Assembly (NCBI GenBank): GCA_963753345.1
Contig: CAVWBU010000031.1
Location: 53,972 to 117,971, forward strand
DNA: 64,000 bases
Direction: 5' to 3'
Origin: an uncultured Fibrobacterota bacterium
GTDB lineage: Bacteria; Fibrobacterota; Chitinivibrionia; Chitinivibrionales; FEN-1185
The notes under the pieces were generated by a model. It did not search any database. It was not told the DNA's origin and saw only the letters and a list, made by a program, of their open reading frames with translations. The translations under genes were made by a program, and so were the position numbers. Of this stretch, positions 30,787 through 42,771 are shown piece by piece. Each line of letters opens with the position of its first letter. The stretch's first letter is position 1.

Positions 30787-31761
30787 TTAATAGGGATAGG
30801 GGTTGTCGAACTTGAGCACGCCGCGCTCCATACCGAACCACAGGTTGTTCTTCTCGTCCTTGTGCATCTGGGTCACCTGTGTGGCGGTGATGCCGACCTT
30901 CTGCGGGTCGGAGAGCCATTCTTCGCCATTGAATTTCATGAGGCCCGATGCCGTGGCAATCCATATCCTGCTCTGGGAGTCGGCCATGATCGCGACAATG
31001 CCGTCGGCAACGTCCATGAACACTTTCCAGGATTTTCCGTCGAAGGCGTTCATGTCGTGGTCGCCGACCGCGGCCCAGATGGTGTTCTGCCGGCCGTCGT
31101 AGGCGAGCGCATGCGTGTCGTTCCAGGAAAGCCCGTTCTTCATGTTGTACGTGGTCCATTTTGAGCCGTCAAAGCAGGAAACGCCCTTGTTGGTGCCGAA
31201 CCAGACTGCGCCGCCTTCGCCGACAACGATATCGTGGACCTTTTCGCCGGCGAGTCCGCTTGCTACGGTATACGAGGTCCAGGCGCCGCCCGAATAGAGC
31301 GAGACGCCGTTGTCGGTCGCGACCCACAATTTTCCGCGGGCAGAAAGGATCTTGTTGACCGTGTTATCGGAAAGCCCGCTCTCTTTTGTTGTAAACACCT
31401 TGAAGGAGTCCTTGGTTTTCATGGCGAGCCCTGCCTTGGTGCCCACCCATACGATGCCGGCGTTGTCCACCGCGATGCAGGTGGCGTCGGCGGCGGGGAT
31501 GCCGCCCAGGTCCTTGTACGTCTGCATATCGCTTTTCTTCCCGCTCGCGATGTTAAGCGACGTTATGCCGCCCTCGCTGATTGCCCAGACCACATTGTTG
31601 CTTATGGCAAACCCGCGCACCGCGCCGCCGGTCTGGAATATCTTCCATTCGGTCGTGGTTTCGTAGGACATGGAGTCGACCTTGGTCTCGCGTTTCTGGC
31701 TGCCGGCGGGAACGAGCGTTACGGCGAGCAGCAGCGTTGCGGCGATCGCGGAAAATTTCAT
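30787..31761 (-). CDS. Secreted beta-propeller protein (two-component regulator propeller repeats)
   Basis: Signal peptide; repeated D..G.(L/V)W(V/F)GT..GL / SGL..N.V motifs; no kinase domain. Confidence 0.8.
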   Translation of the reverse strand: MKFSAIAATLLLAVTLVPAGSQKRETKVDSMSYETTTEWKIFQTGGAVRGFAISNNVVWAISEGGITSLNIASGKKSDMQTYKDLGGIPAADATCIAVDNAGIVWVGTKAGLAMKTKDSFKVFTTKESGLSDNTVNKILSARGKLWVATDNGVSLYSGGAWTSYTVASGLAGEKVHDIVVGEGGAVWFGTNKGVSCFDGSKWTTYNMKNGLSWNDTHALAYDGRQNTIWAAVGDHDMNAFDGKSWKVFMDVADGIVAIMADSQSRIWIATASGLMKFNGEEWLSDPQKVGITATQVTQMHKDEKNNLWFGMERGVLKFDNPYPY

Positions 31762-31893
31762 ATATACTCCTTTAACAAGTTGACAGTTGACAGCATATCG
31801 ATTCTTGCATTCCTTCTTTGGGTCCTCCATGCCCCCTGTAATGATTCACTTCGCTCAAACGAAAATACTTCACTCCATCAAAGGGCACGACAC

Positions 31894-34056
31894 TCAGTCG
31901 AACGGCCTGCCCGGCGAGAACGCGCGGTAGGCCCAGTAATTTGCAAGGACCCTTTTCACGTATCCGCGTGTTTCGGTGTACCCGATGTCCTCGATGAAAA
32001 GATCGAACGTCTTTCTCCTGTTCTTCGTATACCATTCCGACGCCCGGGGCGGCCCGCCGTTGTAGCTTGCGAGGGCGAGCACCGTGCTTCCCTTGAACTG
32101 GTCGAGCAGCTGCTTAAGGTAGAACGCGCCGTACCGAATGTTGACCGCCGGGTTGAGCAGCGAGTCCGCGGAAAAAGCCTCCCCGAGTTTCTGCGCAATG
32201 GCCCTTCCCGTAAACGGCATGATCTGCATGAGGCCCACGGCGCCGGCTCTCGACAACGCGTCGGCGTCGAACACGCTTTCCTGGCGCATCACCGCGACTA
32301 CGAGATACGGATCGAGCGAATCTGCGCGCGCCTCAGAGGCGACGCGGTCCGAAAAAGGCGTCGGATACAAAATCGAAAGAAGCGGCAGCGGCAGGGCGGC
32401 GCGGTTGGCCGGCGGGATGCGCCACAAAAGCCTGCGTCCTGAGCGGAACGAGGCGGTCGGATCGTTTCCGTACCGGTACAGCAGCGCGAGGTCGAACTGC
32501 AGCCCGAGGTTCGAGGGGTACCTGCTTTCCAGTCCGTCAAGGAACCTGCCCGCCTGCGCCGTGAGGCCGCACAGGGCCAGGAGTGTGCCCCGCGCGTACG
32601 AGAGGCTGTCCGCTTTGGAAAGCGGCTGGCGGGGCGGCGGCAGGAGCGTGTCGATCCATGCACGGGTCGCGTCGATGCCGAGCGTGGTGTCGACGCCCGG
32701 GAAGCAAACCGTGTCGGCCGAGAGCCTGAGCGCCTCCCTGGCCCGGAAGGCGTAGAAATCGGTGGGCGATGTCCGCACCACCTCGCAGAGCGCCGAGGCC
32801 GCCTCGCCGGTCTTTCCCAGCGAAAGAAGGCATCTTCCCTTCCAGTACAGCGCGCCGCCGGCAAGCCACGAGTCTTCGAACAGTTTCGGAAGGGACGCGA
32901 ACGTGGAGCACGCCCGCGCGTATCTGCCGGCCTTGAACCAGCACAGGCCCTGGCGGAAGAACGCCTCGTCGCACCGAATGGATGTCTTTTTGAGTGAAGA
33001 CAGCGTGCGGTACAGGGAGACGGCCTTATCGTAGTGCTCGTCTTCCTCCTGCTTCCACGCGAGGTGCCAGTACACGTCCGGGGCGCTAGGATGCTTCGGG
33101 TATAACTTGACAAAACGGCCATACCATTGTTCCGCAATCGTGTCGTTGCCGAGCGCCCGGTTCGACCGGGCGCAGGAGAGAACCACCTCGGGCGTGGGCC
33201 CGTACGTTCTCACAAAGTCGCGCAGGGCCTTGTCCGCCGATGTGTACCGGCCGCAGGAAAAGGCGACAAGGCCTTTTATGAGGCCGCGTTCCCTCCCGGG
33301 GACGGTCCGGCCAAAGTCTCTTCTGGCCCCGGCCCTGGCAAGAAAGGTGTCGGCCATTGAAAAGTCCCTGCACGCATACGCGGCCCTGGCAAGCCGGAAC
33401 AGGAGGGCGGTCGAAAACGCGGAATCCGGGGGCTTGCGGGAAGCCACCAGGTCCACGATCCTGCAGTTTCTCTTGCATGCGGTTGTGTCGATCGTGCGCG
33501 ACAGGGCCGAGTCGGCCGCTTTCCATTGCTCCGCCGTGAGAAGGGAGTCGATTCTCGGCGTGACGGTGTCTGCGTTTTGCTCGAGCAGGAACTTCTTCTC
33601 CGCGGCGAGCGCGGCAAGCTCGGGAAACGAAGCGGAAAGCTCCGGGTGCGCCTTGACAAGACTATACATTTTCTGTGAGATGTCAAGAGCGACGGCGGAG
33701 GGGAGCGAGTCGCGCTGCGCAAGAAAGTATGCCGTGGCGGCCTCGGACGGACGGCTGCGGGCGGTTTCCACATCGCCGATGAGTTCGAGCGCCACGCCGC
33801 GCAGCCGGCACGAATCGGCGACACAGCATTTGAGCTGGGTCACGGCCCGCTCGTAGTCCTGACAGTTGAAATACGCGACGCCCTGCTTGAAGCGCCAGAA
33901 CGCCGAATCCGAGACCGCGGTGTCGCGCGCAAGCGCCGCGAGCGCCTGCCTGCAGTCGCTTTTGGCAAGCCCGCCGGTGCCGATGGTGTCGATGAGGGGC
34001 GAGGAAAAGCAAATTCCTGCGGTACAGATGAGTAATGGAAGTATCTTGGGGAGCAT
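31894..34056 (-). CDS. Soluble lytic transglycosylase (Slt-like) with TPR repeats
   Basis: MRQES, GAVGLMQIMP, ASYNGG, ETRGYVKRV. Confidence 0.92.
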   Translation of the reverse strand: MLPKILPLLICTAGICFSSPLIDTIGTGGLAKSDCRQALAALARDTAVSDSAFWRFKQGVAYFNCQDYERAVTQLKCCVADSCRLRGVALELIGDVETARSRPSEAATAYFLAQRDSLPSAVALDISQKMYSLVKAHPELSASFPELAALAAEKKFLLEQNADTVTPRIDSLLTAEQWKAADSALSRTIDTTACKRNCRIVDLVASRKPPDSAFSTALLFRLARAAYACRDFSMADTFLARAGARRDFGRTVPGRERGLIKGLVAFSCGRYTSADKALRDFVRTYGPTPEVVLSCARSNRALGNDTIAEQWYGRFVKLYPKHPSAPDVYWHLAWKQEEDEHYDKAVSLYRTLSSLKKTSIRCDEAFFRQGLCWFKAGRYARACSTFASLPKLFEDSWLAGGALYWKGRCLLSLGKTGEAASALCEVVRTSPTDFYAFRAREALRLSADTVCFPGVDTTLGIDATRAWIDTLLPPPRQPLSKADSLSYARGTLLALCGLTAQAGRFLDGLESRYPSNLGLQFDLALLYRYGNDPTASFRSGRRLLWRIPPANRAALPLPLLSILYPTPFSDRVASEARADSLDPYLVVAVMRQESVFDADALSRAGAVGLMQIMPFTGRAIAQKLGEAFSADSLLNPAVNIRYGAFYLKQLLDQFKGSTVLALASYNGGPPRASEWYTKNRRKTFDLFIEDIGYTETRGYVKRVLANYWAYRAFSPGRPFD

Positions 34057-34087
34057 ATTGACAAAGTCTTCTTTGCTTAATGATCTT

Positions 34088-34233
34088 GGGCGTTCCCCGG
34101 CCTTTGGCCGGGTCGGTTCTCCTTCCGGTCTCGGCCTCCGGCCTCGGGCCGCCACGGCCCTATGGCCCACAGGGCCGGGTCCGGGCGGCATCCCGCTTTG
34201 GCGGGACCTTCAGTCGCCCCTAACGCGCGGCAG
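34088..34233 (+). repeat. Structured repeat family A, copy 5
   Basis: Core identical to copies 2 and 4; first hairpin CCCGGCC-TTT-GGCCGGG. Confidence 0.92.
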
Positions 34234-34300
34234 AAGAATGCCTATAAGAAGAGCAATTTCTTTTTGCGCCATTTTAAATGCGAGGAATACAGATGGCTGA

Positions 34301-34421
34301 TTCTCACTTCTCAACTTCTCAACTAATGAACTTCTCAACTTTTTACTTTTCAACTATTCAACGCTTCAACGTTTCAACTTCTTCAAGCTTCTCAACTTCT
34401 AAACTACTCAACTCCTCAACT
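34301..34421 (+). repeat. Long degenerate octamer array (TTCTCAAC)n
   Basis: About 14 units ending in AAC. Confidence 0.88.
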
Positions 34422-34427
34422 CTCTTC

Positions 34428-35180
34428 TCACATATAAATCCCGCCATTTATCCCTATCACCTGCCCCGTGATGTAGCTCGCGTCGCGGGAGGTGAGGAAC
34501 GAGACCACGCCCGCCACCTCCTCGGGTTTTCCCACCCTCGCCATGGGGATGCGCTGGACAAGTTCTTTTTTCGCAAGCGCCTCGGTCATGTCGGTCTCGA
34601 TGAACCCCGGCGTCACCGCGTTGACCAGCACGTTGCGTTTTGCGCATTCGAGGGCCAGGGCCTTTACGGCGCCGATGAGCCCTGCCTTTGCCGCCGCGTA
34701 ATTTACCTGGCCGGGCAGGCCGCTCTCCCCGGACGTCGACGAAATCACGATGATGCGGCCGCTGCGGTTAAGCACCATCTGCTTCACCACGGGCTTTACA
34801 ACTGCGTGGAAACTGAGCAGGTCGGTGGAAAGAACGCTGTTCCAGTGCTCCTCGGTCATAAAGATAAGCAGCTCGTCGTGGCGGATGCCCGCGCTCAAGA
34901 CGAGCGCGTGCACGTTCGCGTGGCGCGACAGCAGTTCTTCCATTGCCGCGGCCGTTGCCGCCCTGTCCGATACGTCGAAGGGGCACAATTCGGCGGATCC
35001 GCCGGCGTTTACAATGGCGTCAAGCGTCCGCTTCGCTTCCTCGGTGTTTGACCGGTAGTTGATCACAACGTGATAACCGTCGGCAGCCAGCCGCGTTGAT
35101 ATGGCTCTGCCGATGCCCCTGCTCCCGCCGGTGATAATAGCGGTTTTTTTCTGCGTGACTTCCGTTTTTGTTTCGCTCAT
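34428..35180 (-). CDS. fabG: 3-oxoacyl-ACP reductase
   Basis: TGGSRGIG, GQVNYAAAKAG, VTPGFIETDM, YITGQVIGINGG. Confidence 0.88.
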   Translation of the reverse strand: MSETKTEVTQKKTAIITGGSRGIGRAISTRLAADGYHVVINYRSNTEEAKRTLDAIVNAGGSAELCPFDVSDRAATAAAMEELLSRHANVHALVLSAGIRHDELLIFMTEEHWNSVLSTDLLSFHAVVKPVVKQMVLNRSGRIIVISSTSGESGLPGQVNYAAAKAGLIGAVKALALECAKRNVLVNAVTPGFIETDMTEALAKKELVQRIPMARVGKPEEVAGVVSFLTSRDASYITGQVIGINGGIYM

Positions 35181-35268
35181 ATGATTCTCACTTGCTCCTT
35201 ATTTAGAAAATACATATTCCCAAGTGTCAGCATGGGCGGGTGGTAATGTAAAGTATAAGTTCATTTAT

Positions 35269-35430
35269 GGGGGGGGAAGTATCCCCCTCGCTGTGGCCCG
35301 GCCGCGCCGCTTTACAAACCAGTAATTTGAATATGCGCGCCCGGTCCTCCGCTACCCCCTCCTGGGTGCACCCCAAGTGGAGGCATTGACAGAACCAGAC
35401 ACCTGTGTGGGGGCACCCAAGGAGAGCGGC
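35269..35430 (-). repeat. Structured repeat family B (B1 type)
   Basis: Reverse strand GGGTGCCCCC...GGGGTGCACCC-AGGAGGGGGTAGCGGAGGAC...GAGGGGGATACTTCCCCCC. Confidence 0.85.
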
Positions 35431-35617
35431 TGTAGAGGGCACCCTCTTTTGCTTTGTCTCTTTGTTACTTTGTTTTTTTGTGGCTATTTTCTTGCGGGCA
35501 CCGAGAAAGAGAGTTGAAAGTTGACAGTTGGCAGTTGACAGCGAGGAGATAGATCCTTTTCGATGTGTCCAGAGATTCCAAATGGCGCAAAGATGCTGCT
35601 GGCTGAACGGATTTCCT

Positions 35618-35761
35618 CTGCCGCGCGCCAGGCAGGACTGGAGGCCGCGCCAGAGTGCGGTGCCGCCCGGACCCGGCCCTGTGGGCCATAGGGCCGAGGC
35701 GGCCCGAGGCCGGAGGCCGAGACCGGAAGGACGGCCGCCGACGCGAAGCGGCGGGGCGCCC
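35618..35761 (-). repeat. Structured repeat family A, copy 6
   Basis: Reverse strand GGGCGCCCC...CCTGGCGCGCGGCAG. Confidence 0.9.
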
Positions 35762-35882
35762 AAGCATTTACTTTCTTGACTTGATGAAGGCCGGGGAACG
35801 CCCAAGTATTTTTTATATCGACACAATATATTTTCCAATTACGCGGAAAGATTCCCTTTCCACGGCGCAAAGGACTCCTGTC

Positions 35883-37203
<1,321 letters not shown>

Positions 37204-37233
37204 TATTCTATAAAAGCAAGAGAATATTAGTGT

Positions 37234-37354
37234 GGGGGAGGTATCCCCCTGCCTGCGGCCCTGTGGTCCTCCGGCACCCCCTCCTGGGTGGCCGCCTTGA
37301 CAAAGCAGCTTCGAGAACCAAACATTGTTGTGGCGGCACCCACGAGCAGCGGTT
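37234..37354 (-). repeat. Structured repeat family B (B1 type, solo)
   Basis: Reverse strand GGGTGCCGCC...GGCGGCCACCC-AGGAGGGGGT...GGGGGATACCTCCCCC. Confidence 0.85.
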
Positions 37355-37413
37355 GCTAAGAAAAATCAGATGACAAATGGCACATTTCTTCCAGGTGAAA
37401 AATAGGAAGGAGT

Positions 37414-37440
37414 GTCATTGCGAGCGCAGCGAAGCAATCT
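37414..37440 (+). repeat. REP-like element
   Basis: GTCATTGCGAGCGCAGCGAAGCAATCT. Confidence 0.7.
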
Positions 37441-37565
37441 ACCGTTTGAATAGGTCCGTACTCTGTCTGCTGCATTCCGTGTTTCTATTCACTTTGTATC
37501 TTTGTCACCCTATACTAATTACAGCTCCTGTCCCGTGCCCCGTGCTATAGCGTATTTTTTGCATT

Positions 37566-38539
37566 ATGGTTTCCCTCCCCATCACCCTCAACGATTCGCA
37601 GACCAGCGGTTCGACCGGTTTCTGCGCAGGCGCCTGCCGCTGCGCACGCTGTCGGACATTTACCGGATGATCCGCACGGGCTTCGCTCGCGTGAACGGCA
37701 AAAAAGTCGAGCAGAGCCGCCGCCTTGCGGAAGGCGACATCGTGGAGCTGCGCGTGGACCAGGCGGAGCTCCAAACGCTGAAGCCGGCCGGGCCTGACGC
37801 AGCAACCGACATTTCCAAAACGGAATTCTACAAACGCAACCTGAACATCGTCTACGAGGACGAAAGCATCGTGGCCTGCAACAAGCCGCCATACCTGGTG
37901 GTGCACCCGGGCACGGGGCATGCCGGCGGCGCGACGCTCATCGATCTTGTCAAAAGCTATCTGCTGCACAAGGGAACAAAGGCGGCCGACGCCGATCCGG
38001 TCCTGGTGCACCGGCTCGACCGCGACACGTCGGGAATCATCCTTATTGCCAAGAACAAATGGGTGGTGCGCTCCCTGCATTCGCTTTTCAGGGGAAAGGA
38101 TTTTGTCAAGAAATACGTCGCCGTCTGCCATGGCGCGCCGCCGGCGCAACGCGGCGTCGTGGAGGCTAACCTTGCAAAGACCGTCGAGCGCAACGAGGGC
38201 ACCAAGATGCGGGTGGACGGATCGGGAATGTTCTCGAAGACGGAATATGCGGTCGCGGCGACCGGAAACGGCCTTTCACGGTTGGAACTCACCCTCGTTA
38301 CCGGCCGCACCCACCAGATCCGCGTGCACATGGCCCACATCGGGTGCCCGGTGGTCGGTGACGTGCGCTACGGCGACCGGGTTGCCGACGACGCACTTTT
38401 TGCGCGGACCAAGACGCCGCGGCGGCTCTACCTGCATGCCGCGTCGGTCTCGTTTGTCCACCCGGTAACCGGTAAGCAGCTCACGCTTTCCGCACCGGTG
38501 CCCGAAGAATTTTCCTACATTCTCAATCCCTCAAAATAG
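37566..38539 (+). CDS. RluA family pseudouridine synthase with S4 domain (start uncertain, possible frameshift near 37590)
   Basis: NKP..VVHPG, VHRLDRDTSG, TGRTHQIRVH, GD.RYG, LYLHA. Confidence 0.92.
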
Positions 38540-38608
38540 CGAGATTTTTTCCTTATTTTTGATTGATGAAGAAAGTGCGTAAGTGGTAATATTAATAAGT
38601 GTATACAA

Positions 38609-38746
38609 GGGGGGAGGTATCCCCCTCGCTCCGGCCTCCTCGGCCTGCGGCCTGCGGTGTCCTGCGCTACCCCCTCCTGGGTGGCCGCCTTGATAAAGCA
38701 GCTGCAAGACCATGCATTGTTGTGGCGGCACCCATGGAGAGCAGTT
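38609..38746 (-). repeat. Structured repeat family B (B1 type)
   Basis: Reverse strand matches the 19894 copy with a covarying stem. Confidence 0.88.
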
Positions 38747-38827
38747 TAAAAGTCGTAAGCCAAAGCATTGACTCTAACTTCGAGATTCGGGCTGGCGGAG
38801 AAAATAAATTGACAGAATAGAATCCCT

Positions 38828-38988
38828 CTGCCGCGCGTTAGGTGGACCGTAGTGGTCCCGCCATAGCGGGATTGCCGGCCGACCCCGGCCCGAAGGGCCC
38901 TAGGGGCGGACCGGCAACGAGGCGAATAGCCGAGCCCGGAGGGAGACCGACCCGAGCCTGAGTTGTAACGAGGGCGAGGGGAACGCCC
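38828..38988 (-). repeat. Structured repeat family A, copy 7
   Basis: Reverse strand GGGCGTTCCCC...CCTAACGCGCGGCAG. Confidence 0.88.
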
Positions 38989-39028
38989 AGCTTTTGAATT
39001 TATTGTATTTAGAAGAATTGTAATTAGC

Positions 39029-41797
39029 ATGAGTAAACCAGAAACATCGCGATCCCTCCGGAGCTCCCTTGACAAAGGGCGGGTGAAGATCCACAATCTT
39101 CTTCCCAACATCGAGCGCACGTTCCTTCCCCTCGGCTCGGTGCTGGGCAAGTACCGCATCATCGAGGAGATCGACCGGGGCGGCATGGCCGTGGTGTACC
39201 GGGCGATGCAGCTCGACCTCGACCGCGAAGTCGCGCTCAAAGTGCTGCCCGCGAACATCACCATCAACCAGAATTTCGTGGACCGTTTCCTCTCCGAGGC
39301 GCACGCGGTCGCCAAGCTCACGCACCCGGGCATCGTGAACATCCACGAAGTCGCGGTGCAGAACAACGTGTACTACCTCGCCATGGATTACATCCCGGGC
39401 GTCAATCTCTACTACCACCTCAACTACCAGAAGCCCAAGCTCATCGAGGTGCTCGAGATCACCGCGAAGCTCGCCGACGCGCTCGCGTACGCGCACCGGC
39501 AGAGGATCGTGCACCGGGACCTCAAGCTCAACAACGTCATCATGAAGGACAACCTCACGCCCGTGCTCATCGACTTCGGGCTCGCCAAGGCGCTGGAGGG
39601 CGACGAACCAAGCAAGACCAAGACGGGCGAGATCATGGGATCGCCCGCCTACATGGCGCCGGAGCGGCTGTACGGCCGGGGCGGCGACGCGCGCAGCGAC
39701 ATCTGCTCGCTCGGCATCATGCTGTACGAGATGTTGACATTCAAGAACCCTTATCTCGATCCGCGCAGCATCCACCAGACCACGCTGAACGTGATCGAGG
39801 CGAATCCGATCCCGCCGCGCAAGCTCACCATGTGGCTGCCGCCGGAAATCGAGGCGATCACGCTCAAGGCCATGCACAAGGACCCGGACAAGCGGTACCA
39901 GACCATGGAGGAATTCGCCGAGGACATCCGGCGGTACCAGCGCGGCGATCCGGTGCTTGCCAATCCGCCGTCGCTGTGGACAAGGGTGAAGCATTTCGCG
40001 CGGAGGCGGTGGCCCTTTCTCTCCATCTTTTTTCTGCTCGCGCTCTTTGCGGCGATCTTCGCGTACCTTGCCTATGTCCAATCGAAGAAGGAACGGCCCT
40101 CCTGGCAGATCATGTATCAGAAGCGTTTCGTCGGTCTTTCCATAGGAGACGAATGGTCGCAGTACCCGGGAGTCTCCGAAAAGAACCAGGGCTGGTCGAT
40201 CAAAAACAGCGAGCTTCTGTCGCCCTCCGGCCCGTCCTTCCTCCGCCTCGACCGGCCCATCACGCGCGATGCGCGCGTCGAGTTCGACCTCCGGAGCGTG
40301 AGCAACAATTTTTTCAACGTGGGATTCTTCCTCTACGGCAGCTGCCCGGACTCCGGGTACGGATTCCACCTGTTTCAAGGGCCGGCGGCCGAGTGCGGCA
40401 TCACGTATCCGGGCAGCGCCTACCTTTTTTCCGATTACAACCCGCTGGGGCTTGTGCCGGCGAAACGTTTCCACGTGATTGTCGAGCGCAAGGAGAACGT
40501 GATCTCGTTCAGGCTCAACGACATTCTCATCGGAAGAATATGCGATTTCTTCCCGCCCTACGGCACGGACCATCAGTCAATGGGATTCTTTGTCAACGGG
40601 TCGCAGTGCGCGGTCGAGAACATGACCATTTACCGCTACGCCATTCCCATGATGCCCAGCCCCACCCTCATCGCCGACCGTTTTGCGGAGCGGGGAGCGG
40701 TGGCCACCGCCATCGATGAATACCGCGAGCTCCTTATGGACTTCTCCACGCAGTCCATTGCGCAGGACATCCTTCTCAAGATTGCGGAATGCTATATCCG
40801 CCTGGGACAGTGGGATCGCGCCGCAGAGGCCCTGGGCAGTCCCCTGCTCAACAGGAGCAGCGAACAGACGGAGAACCGCGTGCTGTATCTCCGGGGCATC
40901 ATGCATTCGGCGCAGGGCAACCGGGCTCAGGCCGACAGCGCGTTCATGGCGCTGGGAAACGCGGCCGGGTCGGGCCAGCTGTTTCAGGCGGCGCTGGCCG
41001 TGATGGCGCGGGAAGTGCTTGACGAATTAAACAAAGGCGACGTTGCTTCGGCGGAGGGCAGCGTCACGCTTCTTACCCGGAAATACCCGAAATATTCGCG
41101 GCTGCTCGGCAGGCTCCATTGCGCGGTGATGGACCGGTATGCCGAACAGGGATCGGTCGATGCCGCCATCGCGACCGGACAGACCATCCTCGCGCTCCAT
41201 CCCGAAGACGGCGATATCCTTTCCATCGCGAAAGTGAAGTTGAGCGAATTGTATCTGGTGAAGGGCCGCAAGAGCCAGGCCGTCGACCTGCTTAACCAGT
41301 GCATCGCGTCGTACGCTCCCACCGAGGGCCTGTGGAGGGCATGGATGGACCTTGCCATGATTTACGAATGCGACGGCGATTACGCCGACGCCTTCACCAC
41401 CTACCGCAAGGTGTACGAGGACTGTCCCAAGTCGGTCGTTATCGCGTGGTTCGCCAGAATACGAATGGGGGAGCTGGCCGGCCGGACCACGAGCGCCGAA
41501 TCGCCGAAGGCCATCTTTGAGGACGTGGCGAGAAGCCCGCACCCGTTTGCGGTGCCGCGCGCCGTCGCCCAGTACTACCGCGGCATCGTTTCGAACGACG
41601 ATCTTGCCGCGCTCTGGGGCGAGATGTATCCCGGCGACAGGGGGTATTTGTTCTGTTTTGTCAAGAAGGCGGTTTTCGACCGCCGGTGGGACGAAGCGCG
41701 CGGGTATCTTGAGGAGCTCGAAGAGATGCTCCCGCAGACATCAGTCCTCCTTCTGCAGGCGGTCGCGCTGCGCAGCCTGGTGCACGCGCACCAGTGA
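39029..41797 (+). CDS. Hanks-type Ser/Thr protein kinase with TM helix, beta-rich domain and TPR repeats
   Basis: GGMAVVY, VALK, HRDLKLNN, DFG, YMAPE; hydrophobic segment FLSIFFLLALFAAIFAYL. Confidence 0.92.
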   Translation: MSKPETSRSLRSSLDKGRVKIHNLLPNIERTFLPLGSVLGKYRIIEEIDRGGMAVVYRAMQLDLDREVALKVLPANITINQNFVDRFLSEAHAVAKLTHPGIVNIHEVAVQNNVYYLAMDYIPGVNLYYHLNYQKPKLIEVLEITAKLADALAYAHRQRIVHRDLKLNNVIMKDNLTPVLIDFGLAKALEGDEPSKTKTGEIMGSPAYMAPERLYGRGGDARSDICSLGIMLYEMLTFKNPYLDPRSIHQTTLNVIEANPIPPRKLTMWLPPEIEAITLKAMHKDPDKRYQTMEEFAEDIRRYQRGDPVLANPPSLWTRVKHFARRRWPFLSIFFLLALFAAIFAYLAYVQSKKERPSWQIMYQKRFVGLSIGDEWSQYPGVSEKNQGWSIKNSELLSPSGPSFLRLDRPITRDARVEFDLRSVSNNFFNVGFFLYGSCPDSGYGFHLFQGPAAECGITYPGSAYLFSDYNPLGLVPAKRFHVIVERKENVISFRLNDILIGRICDFFPPYGTDHQSMGFFVNGSQCAVENMTIYRYAIPMMPSPTLIADRFAERGAVATAIDEYRELLMDFSTQSIAQDILLKIAECYIRLGQWDRAAEALGSPLLNRSSEQTENRVLYLRGIMHSAQGNRAQADSAFMALGNAAGSGQLFQAALAVMAREVLDELNKGDVASAEGSVTLLTRKYPKYSRLLGRLHCAVMDRYAEQGSVDAAIATGQTILALHPEDGDILSIAKVKLSELYLVKGRKSQAVDLLNQCIASYAPTEGLWRAWMDLAMIYECDGDYADAFTTYRKVYEDCPKSVVIAWFARIRMGELAGRTTSAESPKAIFEDVARSPHPFAVPRAVAQYYRGIVSNDDLAALWGEMYPGDRGYLFCFVKKAVFDRRWDEARGYLEELEEMLPQTSVLLLQAVALRSLVHAHQ

Positions 41798-41904
41798 CGG
41801 GCGCGCGCTGCGCCGCGCCCGGCGGAAAATTAAACGCTTGCCCCTTAAAATCGTATTTGGTTATTTTATACCTCTCCCATAAACCATAAACCCGTATCAG
41901 GACA

Positions 41905-42771
41905 ATGTTTCGCGATTTCATTTCAGGCAAAAAATATGTAGACCTCCACATTCACACGAAATTTTCCGACGGCACGCACCCCGTGGAAGAGATCCTCGCG
42001 GCCGCCTCGGCACGGAAGCTGAAGGCCATTTCGATCACCGACCACGACTGCATCGATGCGTACCCGGCGGCCCAGGACCTCGGAGCGGCACAGGGAATAG
42101 AGGTCATCACGGGCGTGGAACTTTCGAGTGAAATAGGAGGGTCCGACATCCATATCCTCGGATATTTCCTGGATATTCATAACCCGCAGCTCATCGCCAA
42201 ACTCGCGGAACTCAAGAAGGCGCGCCACGCCCGCGCCAAGAGGATCGTGGAGAACCTGAACCGCCAGGGCATCGACCTGCGCTTCGAGACCGTGCTTAAC
42301 ATTGCGGGAACCGCGGCCATTGGACGGCCGCACATCGCGGCCGCGCTCCTCAAGGAGGAACTCGTGTATTCGTTCCGCGAGGCCTTCGACAAGCTCATCG
42401 GCTACGATTCGCCCGCCTATGTGGAAAAGCTCACCATGCAGCCCGAGGACGTGTTCCGCCTCATCCTCGGCGCCGGCGGTATCCCGGTGCTCGCGCACCC
42501 GGGCGTGACCAAGGTTGACGAACGCATACCGCAGTTCATCCGTGAGGGACTTCTCGGCATCGAGGTGTTCCACGCGGACCATGGTGACGCCGCGGCGCGG
42601 TACTACCTCGGGTGCTGCCGCAAGAACGGCCTCGCCTACACCGGGGGCTCGGATTTTCACAACGGCAACCAGAGCAAGTCGGAAATTGGCGTTCCCAAGG
42701 TGCCGTACGGCGCCGTGGAAAGCCTCAAGGAAAAACTCGCCGGCATCGGATCCCGCGGCGCGGCGGCATGA
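41905..42771 (+). CDS. PHP domain phosphoesterase (TrpH/YciV-like)
   Basis: DLHIHT..SDG, ITDHD, GRPH, LAHP, GGSDFH. Confidence 0.92.
   Translation: MFRDFISGKKYVDLHIHTKFSDGTHPVEEILAAASARKLKAISITDHDCIDAYPAAQDLGAAQGIEVITGVELSSEIGGSDIHILGYFLDIHNPQLIAKLAELKKARHARAKRIVENLNRQGIDLRFETVLNIAGTAAIGRPHIAAALLKEELVYSFREAFDKLIGYDSPAYVEKLTMQPEDVFRLILGAGGIPVLAHPGVTKVDERIPQFIREGLLGIEVFHADHGDAAARYYLGCCRKNGLAYTGGSDFHNGNQSKSEIGVPKVPYGAVESLKEKLAGIGSRGAAA

Noticed and set aside
34250-34271. Sigma-54 promoter from TGGCGCA on the reverse strand
   Set aside because: No TTGC at the required -12 spacing in the copies examined
23732-34421. CRISPR array
   Set aside because: Repeats are 7-8 nt tandem units or dispersed elements, with no 23-47 nt repeat-spacer periodicity and no cas genes
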